From Nitrospirota bacterium (GTDB taxonomy: Bacteria > Nitrospirota > UBA9217), in NCBI GenBank assembly GCA_963732675.1, contig CAVTAJ010000020.1, positions 139,887 to 203,886 of the forward strand: a DNA stretch of 64,000 bases, written 5' to 3'. A program made the position numbers and the translations under genes. The notes below the pieces were generated by a model. It saw nothing but the letters and a program-made list of their open reading frames with translations. It searched no databases and was not told the origin of the DNA. Shown here piece after piece: positions 23,729 through 34,394 of the stretch. Numbering within the stretch: the stretch's first letter is position 1; each line of letters begins with the position of its first letter.

Positions 23729-23790
23729 AAATATATAGAGAAGGGAACGCATTCAGCTGCTTAGGGATGCGCTACGGAGGTTACTGCTGT

Positions 23791-26652
23791 ATGAGGCGTA
23801 AGATCATTCTCTCGCTGCTCATGGTGTTCCTGTTCTCCACCCTTGGGGGGGCGTTCGCTACCCTGTACATCAGGAACACGAATGAAACGCTCAGCCGCCA
23901 TATCAACTTTCACCAGAGCGAGGACCTCCGGAAGCACCTGATCGTACCCATCCGGAAGGTCCAGTCCGATCTCTACACTACCCATACGAAGCTTGGCAAC
24001 AAGAGCGATCTTATCGCAGAAGATGTCACACTCCTCGAGCAGGCCGCACAAAAATGCTCCATCTGTCATCATACTCCCGAGATCGCCGGAATGATCGATC
24101 GCGTCCGGTCTCTTATCGGCGACTACCGGAAGGCCCTGAGTCACGTGGTCACGTCGTCGTCGGATTCCCCGCAGATCAATCAGCTGAAGATCAATGCCGC
24201 AGACATCGGTAACGATATCCTGGTCAAGGCCGAGGACATGTCCGCGCAGGCGAGCAGCAAGCTCGAGTTCTTGACTCGGGATGCAACACAGAAGATCAAT
24301 CGGGAGGGCGTGATCCTGGTGACGATCCTGACCTTTGTCCTTGCTGTTCTTATCGCCGTAAACCTGACCAGGTCAATAATCAAACCAATCAATACCCTGG
24401 TCAATGCAACGCGAATGATCTCCGGCGGAGACCTCGGGTTCACGATCACGGACAAGGACACGGCAGAATTCGGAGAGCTTGACTCGCATTTCAATGCCAT
24501 GAGCCTGTCGCTGAAGACCGGCTACGCAAAGTTTGAGCAGGAGATCGTGGAGCACAAACAGACCGAGGAAGCTCTGAAGAAGTCGGAGGCATTTCTCAAT
24601 ACTATCTTCAACAGTATCCAGGACCCTTTCTGCATCATCGACCGCGACTACCGGATAGTCCGGGCGAACGAGGCCTACGCGCAGATGAGGCACAAGAAGC
24701 TCAGTGATCTGATCGGAAAAACTTGCTACGAAGCACTGCTGAAGAGGAGCAGTGTTTGCGATGAATGCGTTGTGCAGAAGACGTTCGTATCCGGCAGACC
24801 CTGCGCCAAGGAAAAATTGGCGTACTTATTTGACGGAGTAAAGACCTGGAGTGCGATCTATACCTATCCGATCATGGACAGCGAAGGGAAGGTATCCCAC
24901 GTCATTGAGTATACGCATGACATCACGGAACGGAAACGGGCGGAGGAGGCGCTCCGCGAAAGCGAAGAGCGGTATGCCCTTGCTGCCCGCGGTGCGAACG
25001 ACGGGCTGTGGGACTGGGACCTGCGGAGCAATAAAATATATTTATCATACCGGTGGAAATCGATGCTCGGGTACGGGGAGAAGGACATCAGCGACACGCC
25101 GGAAGAATGGTTCGGCCTGGTCCATCCTGACGACCGTGGTGAAGTCGAAGTCAAGATCGCTGCTCACCTCGACGGACGGGACCAGCATTTTGAAAGCGAG
25201 TACCGCATCATGCACAAGGACGGGGCGTACCGCTGGGTGCTCAATCGAGGGCTCGCGGTACGGGACCGGGATGGCCATGCGTATCGAATGGCCGGCTCCC
25301 AGACGGATATCATGTCGAGAAAATCGGCGGAAGAGCAGCTGGTCTATAATGCTTTTCACGATGCGCTGACCGGGCTGCCGAACCGGGCCCTCTTCATGGA
25401 CCGCCTCCAGCACAGTATCACCGTGTCGTCGCGACGAGCCAACGAGCTCTACGCGGTTCTTTTCCTCGACATGGACCGGTTTAAGGTCGTCAATGACAGC
25501 CTCGGCCATACGGTGGGTGACCAGCTCCTTATCGCAATGGGTCAGCAGTTGTCGGAGTGCCTCCGTCCGGGGGATACGGTCGCGCGCCTTGGCGGAGACG
25601 AGTTCGCCGTGCTTCTGGACAATATCAGTGAATTGAAGGACGCCGTCGATGTCGCTGAACGTATCCATAAAAAGCTGTCGGTGCCGCTCCTGGTCAAGGG
25701 ACAGGAGATGTTCGCATCCGTGAGTATCGGGATCGCCACAGGCTCCGAGCGCTACGAGCGGCCTGAACAGGTGCTGCGCGATGCGGACATCGCCATGTAC
25801 CAGGCCAAGGCGAGGGGCAGCGCGTGCCACGAGATCTTCGATCCCAAGATGCATGCGAACATCCTCGACCGGCTGCAGCTCGAGGCGGACATGCGCGGGG
25901 CCCTGGACCACAAGGAGTTTATCGTCTTCTATCAACCAATTATCGACCTGACGACCCACCAACCAGTCGCTTTCGAGGCCCTCGTCCGGTGGAACCATCC
26001 CAAACGGGGCCTCATCTATCCCCTGGAATTCATTCCCATGGCTGAGGAGAACGGACTGATCAACGCCATCGGCGAGTGGATCCTCCGGGAGTCCTGCCGC
26101 GAGCTGCGCGTGCTCCAGGAACGGTATCCTATGCAGCCCCCGCTCAAGATGAGCGTCAATATTTCGGGCAAACAGTTCGCGCAGCGCGACCTCGCCAGCA
26201 AGGTGTCCGCCATCATCATGGATACGGGGGTCGATGCGCACACCCTTGCGCTCGAGATAACGGAGAGCATGATCATGGAAAACGTCGAGATGGCGGTGGA
26301 GACGATGAACCAGCTGAGGAGCCTGGGCGTCCAGATCCACATCGATGATTTCGGCACCGGCTATTCCTCGCTGAGCTATCTGCACCGCTTCCCGATCGAC
26401 GCGATCAAGATCGACCGGACGTTCATCAAGAAGCTTTCGGCTGATGGAAAGAACAAAGAGATCATCCTGTCGATCCTCTCGCTGGCCACCAGCATGAACT
26501 TTGAAGTGATCGCCGAAGGCGTGGAAATGAACCACCAGTTATTGAATATGCAGAAAATGCATTGCCACTACGGACAGGGGTTCCTGTTCTCAGTGCCCAT
26601 GCCACCGGGTGAGATCGACGGATGGGTGAAGGCTGAACAGCTCAAGATCTGA
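23791..26652 (+). CDS. membrane sensor diguanylate cyclase/phosphodiesterase (periplasmic sensor + HAMP + 2 PAS + GGDEF + EAL)
   Basis: RBS GGAGG 10 nt before ATG. Two TM segments. GGDEF (RLGGDEF) and EAL (EALVRW, ...DDFGTGYSS) motifs intact. Confidence 0.9.
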   Translation: MRRKIILSLLMVFLFSTLGGAFATLYIRNTNETLSRHINFHQSEDLRKHLIVPIRKVQSDLYTTHTKLGNKSDLIAEDVTLLEQAAQKCSICHHTPEIAGMIDRVRSLIGDYRKALSHVVTSSSDSPQINQLKINAADIGNDILVKAEDMSAQASSKLEFLTRDATQKINREGVILVTILTFVLAVLIAVNLTRSIIKPINTLVNATRMISGGDLGFTITDKDTAEFGELDSHFNAMSLSLKTGYAKFEQEIVEHKQTEEALKKSEAFLNTIFNSIQDPFCIIDRDYRIVRANEAYAQMRHKKLSDLIGKTCYEALLKRSSVCDECVVQKTFVSGRPCAKEKLAYLFDGVKTWSAIYTYPIMDSEGKVSHVIEYTHDITERKRAEEALRESEERYALAARGANDGLWDWDLRSNKIYLSYRWKSMLGYGEKDISDTPEEWFGLVHPDDRGEVEVKIAAHLDGRDQHFESEYRIMHKDGAYRWVLNRGLAVRDRDGHAYRMAGSQTDIMSRKSAEEQLVYNAFHDALTGLPNRALFMDRLQHSITVSSRRANELYAVLFLDMDRFKVVNDSLGHTVGDQLLIAMGQQLSECLRPGDTVARLGGDEFAVLLDNISELKDAVDVAERIHKKLSVPLLVKGQEMFASVSIGIATGSERYERPEQVLRDADIAMYQAKARGSACHEIFDPKMHANILDRLQLEADMRGALDHKEFIVFYQPIIDLTTHQPVAFEALVRWNHPKRGLIYPLEFIPMAEENGLINAIGEWILRESCRELRVLQERYPMQPPLKMSVNISGKQFAQRDLASKVSAIIMDTGVDAHTLALEITESMIMENVEMAVETMNQLRSLGVQIHIDDFGTGYSSLSYLHRFPIDAIKIDRTFIKKLSADGKNKEIILSILSLATSMNFEVIAEGVEMNHQLLNMQKMHCHYGQGFLFSVPMPPGEIDGWVKAEQLKI

Positions 26653-26741
26653 GCAGCAGGCGCAATGAGACATTGGCACCCTGAGAAAGCGGGTGTCATT
26701 GCGAATGGGGAAGCGATGAAGCAATCTATTGGCGAACACTG

Positions 26742-26756
26742 AGAGAGCAACGCTCT
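26742..26756. terminator. short hairpin gagagc-aac-gctctc + T-rich tail between convergent genes
   Basis: Seen directly. Weak. Confidence 0.25.
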
Positions 26757-26985
26757 CGTTGTTCGTTCGTAAAAGACACGATTCTTTTTTGTTCCTGTGC
26801 CACGGGAGTTATTGCTGAGTTACGAATAAATTTCTACGAGGAATGGGTAGGAAAGAGTCAACTTCATTGATACGGATGTATACACTGATCGGATTATGAA
26901 GGGTCATTATTGTTCATAGGTTTCATCCGTCTTTTTCCGTGTCAAAGACTTTTGTTTGGTTTTTCTTGGTTCCGGCCTGTCCGGG

Positions 26986-28053
26986 TCAGGTTGTCTGAAT
27001 ACGTTCTCTGATCTTTTTGGTAAAATCACCCTTTCCGCTGCATCCATGGTACAGGTCCACGATGGCGTCTCTATGCGATCGGAAGCGCGCGTATCCGGCC
27101 TGCCGCGATAGTTCTATTGCTGACCAGTCCCCTTGCAGGCAAAATTCGTTATACGCTTGATGTATCTCCGGGTAAAGGACCCTCCGGTATCCCTCCATCA
27201 GCGCAATCGTGAGGCTGAGGGCGCCGCGGTCCCTCATGTCGATGATCCTCTTGTAAGGGCCGTGGTCCGAGGTGTCGGCTATCAGGTCTTTGATCGCGCG
27301 CAAATAATGCTCCGCCTTCCGGTCTCCGGCCTCGGACAGAAGGTCTTTCCATTCCGAAATGTCTTCACGTGATTCCGCGATCTCGTGGCGGAGCAGTACC
27401 TCCGCATAACACTCCGCCATCTTCTCGATCCGTTTTACGAATATCTCGTCGACGATCTGCCGGTGTTGAAAACCGTACTGCGCAAAGGCGTCTTCAAGCG
27501 CAGAGGCGTGCCTCGTATTCAACTCCGAAAACTTGTACAGGAGCAGCATTGTGAGCGGCTCAAGCCGCAGGAAGATGCTTTTTCCCTGGAGCATGCCGGC
27601 CGCGGTAAAAAGGTCTCTGACGAATTCGGTCCCCGAGGTGTACACGGTCAGACCGGAGACCTTATCGAGGGTGCGGAGTTCCGCAAGAAAGAAGGTGGGC
27701 TTCATGTACATGCCGTAGCCCGCGCCGTAGATGAGATGCCGGTCTTTCAGCGCATGATTTATCTCAACGAGATCGAAGGGGCTGTGTTTTATTCCACCTA
27801 TCGTCAGGTCCCTTAAACCTTTCTCCTCCAGGTCCGGCCAGCGGGATTCCTTGTCTGAGATCCATGACAGGATCTCCTCGCGATTGATATCAGCCCAGGG
27901 CTTGAGGCCCTTCTCGGACCGGAAGAGGTCTCGATACCGCATCAGCAGGCCGCAGACCGAAAAATATCCCCAGTACTGCGCATCCGAAACGTCGCAATTG
28001 AATTTGATGTCGTTTATGAGATCGATGTCCATGGCTGACAACCAGGTTTTCAT
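26986..28053 (-). CDS. conserved hypothetical protein (355 aa), divergent from pheA
   Basis: Long ORF with good coding appearance. No domain recognised. Confidence 0.5.
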   Translation of the reverse strand: MKTWLSAMDIDLINDIKFNCDVSDAQYWGYFSVCGLLMRYRDLFRSEKGLKPWADINREEILSWISDKESRWPDLEEKGLRDLTIGGIKHSPFDLVEINHALKDRHLIYGAGYGMYMKPTFFLAELRTLDKVSGLTVYTSGTEFVRDLFTAAGMLQGKSIFLRLEPLTMLLLYKFSELNTRHASALEDAFAQYGFQHRQIVDEIFVKRIEKMAECYAEVLLRHEIAESREDISEWKDLLSEAGDRKAEHYLRAIKDLIADTSDHGPYKRIIDMRDRGALSLTIALMEGYRRVLYPEIHQAYNEFCLQGDWSAIELSRQAGYARFRSHRDAIVDLYHGCSGKGDFTKKIRERIQTT

Positions 28054-28118
28054 TATTCCTCAAAAAGGAATAAAAGTAAATAATGAAACATTCAGAGGGT
28101 CCCTGATCCAAAAAGTCC

Positions 28119-28147
28119 TTGCAACTGCTTAAAAAATAAACTATAAT
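28119..28147 (+). promoter_or_regulatory. near-consensus sigma-70 promoter for pheA (TTGCAA-17-TATAAT)
   Basis: ttgcaa ctgcttaaaaaataaac tataat, 46 nt upstream of the pheA ATG. Confidence 0.5.
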
Positions 28148-28192
28148 TCGCGAATCCGCATATCCCATTCAGACAGGTTTTATTAAACGCTT

Positions 28193-29266
28193 ATGTCTAA
28201 ACAGAAAATACAGGACCTTCGGAAGAAGATCGACGAGATCGATGAAAAACTGGTCGATCTGCTGAATGAGCGCGCCCGGATCGTCATCGAGATCGGGAAC
28301 ATCAAAAAAACCGAGAAGCTCGACTTCCATTCTCCATCACGGGAGCAGGAGATCCTTGAACGCCTCACTGACCGCAACAAGGGGCCGTTTCCCCAGGACA
28401 CCCTGCGGGCAGTGTATCGCGAGATCCTTTCTTCTTCCCTTTCGCTCGAGCGTCCACTCAAAGTCGCGTATCTTGGACCACGCGCCACATTCACCCACAT
28501 GGCCGGGATGCAGCAGTTCGGCCTGGCGGCCCAGTACGTGCCGGGGGAGAGCATCAGGGACGTGTTCAATGAGGTGGAGCGCGGCCGGGCGGACTACGGC
28601 GTAGTGCCCATTGAAAATTCCTCGTCAGGCGCCGTGATCTATACCCTCGACATGTTCATCGACTCAGACCTTAAGATATCAGCCGAGATCATGCTCGAGG
28701 TGTCGCAGCACCTCATGAACAAGTCGGGCAAACTCGAGGACATCAAAAAGATCTATACGATCGCCCCCGCCGCGGCGCAGTGCAGACAGTGGATCGAGAA
28801 GAACCTGCCCGGCGTGCCGGTCCTGGATGCGCCAAGTACGGCCAGGGCCGCGGAAATGGCTTCGGACGATCCAACGGTTGCGGCGATCGCCAGCGAGATG
28901 GCGGCGGTGCTGTATGGGCTCCAGATCGCGGGTAAAAAGATCGAGGACAGCACTAACAACATTACGCGGTTCCTCGTCATCGCCCCGAAATCTCCGGGCA
29001 GAACAGGCCGCGACAAGACCTCGATCATGTTCTCCATCAAGGACAAGGTGGGCGCGCTCTATACCATGCTCGCGCCCTTTGCCGAGAGCGGCATCAACCT
29101 GAACAGGCTGGATGCCCGGCCGTCGGGACGGAAGGTCTGGGATTATGTATTCTTCCTCGATATGGAAGGCCACATCGAGGATAAGAATGTTGCCGCGGCA
29201 ATCGAACGCCTGCGGCAGGACTGCATGTTCCTGAAGGTGCTGGGGTCGTATCCGAAGAGCGGATAG
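28193..29266 (+). CDS. pheA: bifunctional chorismate mutase / prephenate dehydratase (P-protein) with ACT domain
   Basis: CM domain (IDEIDEKLVDLLNERARIVIEIG). PDT motifs (VAYLGPRATFTH, ESIRDVF...ADYGVVPIENS). C-terminal ACT. Confidence 0.92.
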   Translation: MSKQKIQDLRKKIDEIDEKLVDLLNERARIVIEIGNIKKTEKLDFHSPSREQEILERLTDRNKGPFPQDTLRAVYREILSSSLSLERPLKVAYLGPRATFTHMAGMQQFGLAAQYVPGESIRDVFNEVERGRADYGVVPIENSSSGAVIYTLDMFIDSDLKISAEIMLEVSQHLMNKSGKLEDIKKIYTIAPAAAQCRQWIEKNLPGVPVLDAPSTARAAEMASDDPTVAAIASEMAAVLYGLQIAGKKIEDSTNNITRFLVIAPKSPGRTGRDKTSIMFSIKDKVGALYTMLAPFAESGINLNRLDARPSGRKVWDYVFFLDMEGHIEDKNVAAAIERLRQDCMFLKVLGSYPKSG

Positions 29267-29357
29267 GTTGAGTTCGGAGCAGATCAAATCCAAATGCTCA
29301 AAGTTCAAATGAATGTCAAAACGGCAACAGTTAAAGGTCTGCGTTTTAAACATTGGT

Positions 29358-29390
29358 TTTGATTTGCATTTGAACTTTGCATTTGAATTA
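29358..29390. promoter_or_regulatory. direct repeat TTGCATTTGAA x2 in the pheA-hisC spacer (candidate regulator site)
   Basis: tttgatTTGCATTTGAActTTGCATTTGAAtta. Confidence 0.25.
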
Positions 29391-29432
29391 ATTACTATTC
29401 TGCGATACATTTCACCGAATGAGGTTTTCATC

Positions 29433-30509
29433 GTGATCCGTGTTTCAGAAAACATAAAAAACATCACCCCCTACGTTCCGGGCAAGCCGATCGAGGAGCT
29501 GGAGCGCGAGCTTGGCATCAGCGGCAGCATCAAGCTTGCCTCGAACGAGAACCCGCTCGGGCCTTCGCCAAAAGCCATCGCGGCGATCAAAAAGGCCGTT
29601 GAAGGTCTGAACCGGTATCCTGACGGCAGTGGATTTTATCTCTCTCAGGCGCTTGCCAAAAAGTACGGGGTGGCCCTCAACCAGATCATTCTGGGCAACG
29701 GATCGAATGAACTCATTGAGCTCGTGGTGCGCACTTTTGTCCAGCCCGGGGACGAGATCATCTCGGCGGATCCATCCTTTGTGGTGTACAGGATGATCAC
29801 CGAGGCAGCGGGCGGAACGAATGTTATTGTTCCCTGCAGGGACATGCGGCACGACCTCGATGCCATGGCGGAGCGGATCACGCCGAAGACCAGGATCGTG
29901 TTCATTGCCAACCCGAACAACCCTACCGGCACCATGAATGCAAAAGCGGAGATGGACCGGTTCATGGACCGGGTGCCGGACCACCTGATCGTGGCTGTGG
30001 ATGAAGCGTATTTTGAATATGTTACTCACGCTGACTATCCCGATTCTCTGGATTCTCTGAAGACGGGTAAGAACGTGCTGGCGCTGCGGACGTTCTCGAA
30101 GATCTACGGACTTGCCGGACTTCGCATCGGCTACGGCATCACGACCCCGGAGATCGCGGAGCTGATGAACAAGGTGCGGCAGCCGTTCAATACGAACTCG
30201 CTGGCCCAGGTCGGCGCCCTGGCGGCGCTTGCCGACCGGAAGCATGTCGAGAAGTCGATCGCGATCAATAACGAGGGGAAACAGTTCCTGTATCAAACCT
30301 TTCAGCGGCTCGGTGTATCGTATATCCCCACGGAGACCAATTTTATCATGTTCGAGACCCGGCTCGACGGCAGGGAGCTGTATACGACGCTCCTGAAGCA
30401 GGGTGTGATCATCCGGCCCATGGGCGGCAACAGGCTCCGCGTCACGATCGGGTTGCCTGAGGAGAACGCACGGTTCGTAAGCGAGTTGGAGAAGATCGTA
30501 ACAGCATAG
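29433..30509 (+). CDS. hisC: histidinol-phosphate / aromatic aminotransferase
   Basis: GTG start with GAGG 8 nt upstream. MIRVSENIKNITPYVPGKP... PLP-lysine context (TFSKIYGLAGLRIGY). Confidence 0.85.
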   Translation: MIRVSENIKNITPYVPGKPIEELERELGISGSIKLASNENPLGPSPKAIAAIKKAVEGLNRYPDGSGFYLSQALAKKYGVALNQIILGNGSNELIELVVRTFVQPGDEIISADPSFVVYRMITEAAGGTNVIVPCRDMRHDLDAMAERITPKTRIVFIANPNNPTGTMNAKAEMDRFMDRVPDHLIVAVDEAYFEYVTHADYPDSLDSLKTGKNVLALRTFSKIYGLAGLRIGYGITTPEIAELMNKVRQPFNTNSLAQVGALAALADRKHVEKSIAINNEGKQFLYQTFQRLGVSYIPTETNFIMFETRLDGRELYTTLLKQGVIIRPMGGNRLRVTIGLPEENARFVSELEKIVTA

Positions 30510-30555
30510 AGCAGAGAGCATAGCGCAGAGCGCAGAGGGCAAGGGTTTAAACGCC

Positions 30556-31452
30556 ATGCCCATCACTATGCTCTATGCGCATTTAAAGACTATGATCCCT
30601 TTCAATAACGTAACCATAATCGGCGTCGGTCTGATCGGCGGTTCCCTGGCCAAGGTCCTGAAGGACAAGAACCTGGCGCACAAGATAACGGGCGCCGGAA
30701 GAAGCAGGGAGTCGCTCGAGCTGGCGCTCAAGCTTGGCGTGATCGATCGCATGGGACAGGCCTTGTCACAGGATGTCGAGGACGCGGACCTGGTGGTACT
30801 TGCTGCTCCTGTCGGCGCATTCGAGCGTATCGTCACCGAGATCGGTCCCCGGCTGAAAAAGGGGGCCATCCTTACCGATGTGGGCAGTGTCAAGGGAGCG
30901 CTGGTCAAGACGATCGAGGCAATACTTCCTGCCGGCGTCCACTATGTTCCGGGCCATCCGATCGCGGGCAAGGAAAAGCACGGTGTCGGAGAGGCGTCAG
31001 GGACCCTGTTCCTGGGCGCGAAATGCATCCTGACGCCGACGGCCAAGACAGACCCGCAGGCCCTTCAAGCAGTGAAGGCGATCTGGATTGCCGCCGGCGC
31101 GAACGTGGTGTTGATGGATGCCGATGCGCACGACCATATTTTCGCAGCTGTGAGCCATCTCCCCCATGCGGCGGCCTTCGCCATGGTCAGCACGGTCGCG
31201 GGATTCAACGCGGGGCCGGAGAATTACATCAATTTTTCAGGCGCCGGATTCCGTGATTTCACCAGGATCGCGGCAAGTTCACCGGAAATGTGGAGGGACG
31301 TCTGTCTGCTGAACGGAAAAAATATCATTGATATGATCGACCAGTACGAGGCAGAGCTCAAGAGGATAAAGAAGGCGATCAAGCACCAGGACGCCGCAAC
31401 GCTTGAAAAACTGTTCCGATCGGCGAGTGAACTCAGAAGGGGTCTGGAATAG
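30556..31452 (+). CDS. tyrA: prephenate dehydrogenase
   Basis: Rossmann motif IIGVGLIGGS; PDH fold; the true start may be ATG 30592. Confidence 0.85.
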   Translation: MPITMLYAHLKTMIPFNNVTIIGVGLIGGSLAKVLKDKNLAHKITGAGRSRESLELALKLGVIDRMGQALSQDVEDADLVVLAAPVGAFERIVTEIGPRLKKGAILTDVGSVKGALVKTIEAILPAGVHYVPGHPIAGKEKHGVGEASGTLFLGAKCILTPTAKTDPQALQAVKAIWIAAGANVVLMDADAHDHIFAAVSHLPHAAAFAMVSTVAGFNAGPENYINFSGAGFRDFTRIAASSPEMWRDVCLLNGKNIIDMIDQYEAELKRIKKAIKHQDAATLEKLFRSASELRRGLE

Positions 31453-31455
31453 TCC

Positions 31456-32757
31456 ATGGCTGATCTCCACATACAACCGTCGAGCGGACTCCGTGGTGAG
31501 ATTTCCCTGCCCGGAGATAAATCGATTTCCCACCGATCAGTGATGTTTGCCGCCATCGCCGACGGTGATACTCACATCACCGGATTCCTGACCGGAGAAG
31601 ACACTCAGAACACGGCGAAAGCAATGCAGGCAATGGGTATCGCAATCGAGGGTCTGGGGACAGCGCGCCTCGTCGTGCACGGCAAGGGTCTGGACGGCCT
31701 TTCGGAGCCCACAGGAGTGCTCGATCTCGGTAACTCGGGAACCGGGATGAGGCTCATCGCGGGTCTGCTTGCGGGACAGGATTTTTTCTCCGTACTCACC
31801 GGCGACCAGTATCTGAGAAAGCGTCCCATGGCAAGGATCGTTGAGCCGCTCCAGCGCATGGGTGCGAAGATCGACGGCCGCTCCCACGGTACGCTTGCGC
31901 CGCTCTCCATCAGGGGTGGGGGCAAAACCCTTCAGGCCATCGAGTATGCCAGTCCTGTTGCAAGCGCTCAGGTCAAGTCGGCGGTCCTTCTTGCCGGGTT
32001 GTATGCCAATGGCGAGACCACGGTGAACGAACCGTCAAAGTCCCGCGACCATACCGAGCGCATGTTCCGATTCTTCGGCGCCGAGGTCCGTGTGCAGGGG
32101 ACCAGGGTGACGGTGCAAGGTCGGCAGAGGCTGCGCGCCAAGGGATCGCTTGATATTCCGTCCGACATATCGTCGGCCGCGTTCTTCATGGTTGCTGCTT
32201 CCATTGTGCCGGGCTCGGACCTGGTGATCAACAATATCGGAGTAAATCCTACGCGCACGGGTATCATCGATATTCTCACCGGGATGGGCGCCGATATCAC
32301 GCTCGAGAACCAGCGTGAGCAGGCAGGCGAACCAGTGGCTGATATCCGGATCCGGTACAGAAAACTTCACGGCGTTCAGATCGGGGGGGAGATGATCCCC
32401 CGGGCCATTGACGAGATCCCCGTGCTGGCCGTGGCCGCGTCCTATGCAGAAGGGAAAACGGTCATCAAGGACGCCGCCGAACTCCGGGTGAAGGAGTCTG
32501 ACCGGATAGCGACCATGGCTGCGGAGCTCCGCAAGATGGGCGCAGCAGTGACGGAGCTTCCTGACGGTATGGAGATCATCGGCAGAGCTGCGCTCAATGG
32601 CGCACTCTGTGACAGCCACGGCGATCATCGAATCGCCATGTCCGTGGCCGTGGCAGGGCTCGCCGCCAGAGGCGATACCGTTGTACGCGATACAGGCTGG
32701 ATCGACACGTCATTCCCTGGTTTTGAGCGACTGCTGAGGCAGGCGGCGTATTCGTAA
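31456..32757 (+). CDS. aroA: 3-phosphoshikimate 1-carboxyvinyltransferase (EPSP synthase)
   Basis: GEISLPGDKSISHR, LGNSGTGMRL, 433 aa. Confidence 0.93.
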   Translation: MADLHIQPSSGLRGEISLPGDKSISHRSVMFAAIADGDTHITGFLTGEDTQNTAKAMQAMGIAIEGLGTARLVVHGKGLDGLSEPTGVLDLGNSGTGMRLIAGLLAGQDFFSVLTGDQYLRKRPMARIVEPLQRMGAKIDGRSHGTLAPLSIRGGGKTLQAIEYASPVASAQVKSAVLLAGLYANGETTVNEPSKSRDHTERMFRFFGAEVRVQGTRVTVQGRQRLRAKGSLDIPSDISSAAFFMVAASIVPGSDLVINNIGVNPTRTGIIDILTGMGADITLENQREQAGEPVADIRIRYRKLHGVQIGGEMIPRAIDEIPVLAVAASYAEGKTVIKDAAELRVKESDRIATMAAELRKMGAAVTELPDGMEIIGRAALNGALCDSHGDHRIAMSVAVAGLAARGDTVVRDTGWIDTSFPGFERLLRQAAYS

Positions 32758-32766
32758 GTCAGAACT

Positions 32767-32802
<36 letters not shown>

Positions 32803-32827
32803 TCAACCCATCTTGACAGCACACAGT

Positions 32828-33502
32828 ATGAAGAAAAACGGATTAGTGATAGCAATCGACGGGCCATCGGGTGCAGGCAAGAGCACGGTTGCCAGAGTCC
32901 TTGCACAGCGCCTGGGTTATATTTATATCGATACCGGCGCAATGTACCGCTCTATCGGCTGGAAAACAATGAAAGAACAGCTCGATCCGTCTCATGAGCA
33001 TGCACTTGCGGACCTGTGCGGGCGGACCGAGGTGACGATCAAGAAGGACAACAGAGATCCGCGGTTTTTCGTGGATGGCTATGATGTAACGGGTGAGATA
33101 CGTACGCCTGAGATGGGTATGATGGCTTCTGCTGTATCGAAATCGCCCGCGGTCCGGGCCCGGCTGCTTACCCTGCAGCGGGAGCTTGGCAAAAACGGCG
33201 GTGTCGTAATGGACGGCAGGGACATCGGCACCGTTGTGTTCCCTGATGCGGAGCTGAAGTTTTTTCTGGAGGCGAGCGCGGAGGAACGGGGGAAGCGCCG
33301 GTATCTCGAACTGAAGGGAAAGGGCATGGACGTTGATCTGGCGCGGATCACCCGGGAGATCAAAGACCGTGACCATCAGGACAGCGGGCGTTCGATCGCG
33401 CCGCTCAGAAAGGCCGACGATGCGCTCCTGATCGATTCGAGTCTTCTGAGCATTGACCAGGTCGTCGACAGGATGCTGTCCGAACTGGCGAAGGTGAAGT
33501 GA
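32828..33502 (+). CDS. cmk: cytidylate kinase
   Basis: P-loop IAIDGPSGAGKST. CMP-binding region. Confidence 0.9.
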   Translation: MKKNGLVIAIDGPSGAGKSTVARVLAQRLGYIYIDTGAMYRSIGWKTMKEQLDPSHEHALADLCGRTEVTIKKDNRDPRFFVDGYDVTGEIRTPEMGMMASAVSKSPAVRARLLTLQRELGKNGGVVMDGRDIGTVVFPDAELKFFLEASAEERGKRRYLELKGKGMDVDLARITREIKDRDHQDSGRSIAPLRKADDALLIDSSLLSIDQVVDRMLSELAKVK

Positions 33503-33508
33503 CGGGAC

Positions 33509-34348
33509 ATGGAAATATTTCTGGCTGACAAAGCAGGGTTCTGCTTCGGCGTGAAGCGGGCGATCAATACCGCGTTCAAGGCAGCGGGCACAGGCAAGGT
33601 GTATTGCCTCGGGCCGCTGATCCATAACCCCCAGGAAGTCGAACGGTTGCTTGAGGCAGGGGTGCGGACAGTCGAGGATTTTTCATCGCTCAACCCGGGG
33701 GACTATCTCATCATCCGCTCGCACGGGGTGCCGCCCCTGGTACTTGCCCAGGCCAGGGACAAAGGGCTCCAGATCATCGATCTCACCTGCCCCTTTGTAG
33801 GCAAGGCGCAGCGAGATGCCGAGCTGCTTCAGAAAGAAGGCTATCAGGTGGTCGTTATCGGCGAGAAGCAGCATCCCGAGGTGCAGAGTATTCTTGGCTA
33901 TGCAGGCGACAACGCTGTTGTCGTGGAGACGGCGGAGGATGTGGAGGGCGTGAAGTTTCAATACAGGCTGGGCGTTGTTGCCCAGACCACTCAATCGTAT
34001 AGCAATTTTTCGGAAATTGTGTTAAAATTGTTAAGCCTTTCCAAAGAATTAAAGGTCTTTAACACCATTTGCCATTCAACAAAAGAACGCCAGGACGCGG
34101 CGCGTGTCCTGGCCGGACAGGTTGATATCATGCTGGTAGTGGGCGGACGCAACAGCGCGAACACGACCAGGCTGGTCTCGGTATGCCGACAGGAAGGAAA
34201 ACCGACCTACCATATCGAGGTGGCCGATGAGATCAGGCCGGAGTGGCTGAAGGGTGCAACCAAGGTAGGGGTCACCGCGGGAGCGTCCACACCCGACTGG
34301 GTTGTGGAGGGTGTGATAAAAAAATTAAAGAGCGGGAAGGTCGGTTGA
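33509..34348 (+). CDS. ispH: 4-hydroxy-3-methylbut-2-enyl diphosphate reductase
   Basis: AGFCFGVKRAI, three conserved Cys, 279 aa. Confidence 0.92.
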   Translation: MEIFLADKAGFCFGVKRAINTAFKAAGTGKVYCLGPLIHNPQEVERLLEAGVRTVEDFSSLNPGDYLIIRSHGVPPLVLAQARDKGLQIIDLTCPFVGKAQRDAELLQKEGYQVVVIGEKQHPEVQSILGYAGDNAVVVETAEDVEGVKFQYRLGVVAQTTQSYSNFSEIVLKLLSLSKELKVFNTICHSTKERQDAARVLAGQVDIMLVVGGRNSANTTRLVSVCRQEGKPTYHIEVADEIRPEWLKGATKVGVTAGASTPDWVVEGVIKKLKSGKVG

Positions 34349-34394
34349 TCGTCGCAGGTACCGACCACACATTTTCGGGAGGTAAGGTATTTTA

